The position numbers and the translations under genes were made by a program. Positions 63,795-64,000 of a DNA stretch of 64,000 nucleotides are shown one piece after another. Numbering within the stretch: position 1 is the first letter of the stretch; the number at the start of each line of letters is the position of its first letter. Source of the stretch: Chiloscyllium plagiosum (Eukaryota); NCBI RefSeq assembly GCF_004010195.1, contig NC_057719.1, positions 12,034,002 to 12,098,001 on the forward strand, read 5' to 3'. The notes below the pieces were generated by a model that was not told the DNA's origin, searched no databases, and saw only the letters and a list, made by a program, of their open reading frames with translations.

Positions 63795-64000
63795 TGAAAG
63801 TGAGGTCTGCAGATGCTGGAGATCAGAGCTGGAAATGTGTTGCTGGAAAAGCGCAGCAGGTCAGGCAGCATCCAAGGAACAGGAGAATCGACGTTTCGGG
63901 CATAAGCCCTTCTTCAGGAATGGGGAAAGTTTGTCCAGCAGGCTAAGATAAAAGGTAGGGAGGAGGGACTTGGGAGAGGGGCATCGGAAATGTGATAGAT
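63795..64000 (-). mobile_element. Penelope-like element 3' end/pLTR, runs off the window
   Basis: Near-identical to 1579-1790. Confidence 0.85.
63886..63921 (-). ncRNA. Minimal type-I hammerhead ribozyme motif
   Basis: attc-CTGAAGA-A-GGGC-ttat-GCCC-GAAAC-GTC-gatt; core intact. Confidence 0.7.

Overview
Eukaryotic genomic DNA, almost certainly from a cartilaginous fish (inferred from HE1/V-SINE-type tRNA SINEs and HER1/CR1-type LINEs). The only host gene is adenylate kinase 7 (AK7) on the minus strand. I could read 14 consecutive coding exons between 63613 and 4114. All have GT-AG junctions and matching phases, totalling 1662 nt or 553 aa plus stop, and include the P-loop GPPAVGKT and a C-terminal DPY-30-like motif. 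The 5' exons lie beyond the right edge. The introns are packed with decayed CR1 LINEs, Penelope-like elements (PLEs; RT plus GIY-YIG), HE1 SINEs, a decayed Gypsy element and solo LTRs. The ORF track is almost entirely TE debris. The most notable non-coding signal is a dozen or more minimal hammerhead-ribozyme motifs (CTGANGA-N-stemII-GAAAC-GTH) from 3-4 PLE lineages. Several sit in 130-215 bp ORF-less units that are flanked by target-site duplications (TSDs) and/or palindromic, which look like independently mobilised ribozyme mini-elements. Other findings are a near-perfect 139-bp-arm palindrome, an inverted pair of closely related CR1 copies bracketing two AK7 exons, a twin-priming-like CR1 inversion and local templated insertions. 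TE boundaries are approximate. Assembly gaps lie at 1846-1955 and 61911-62330.
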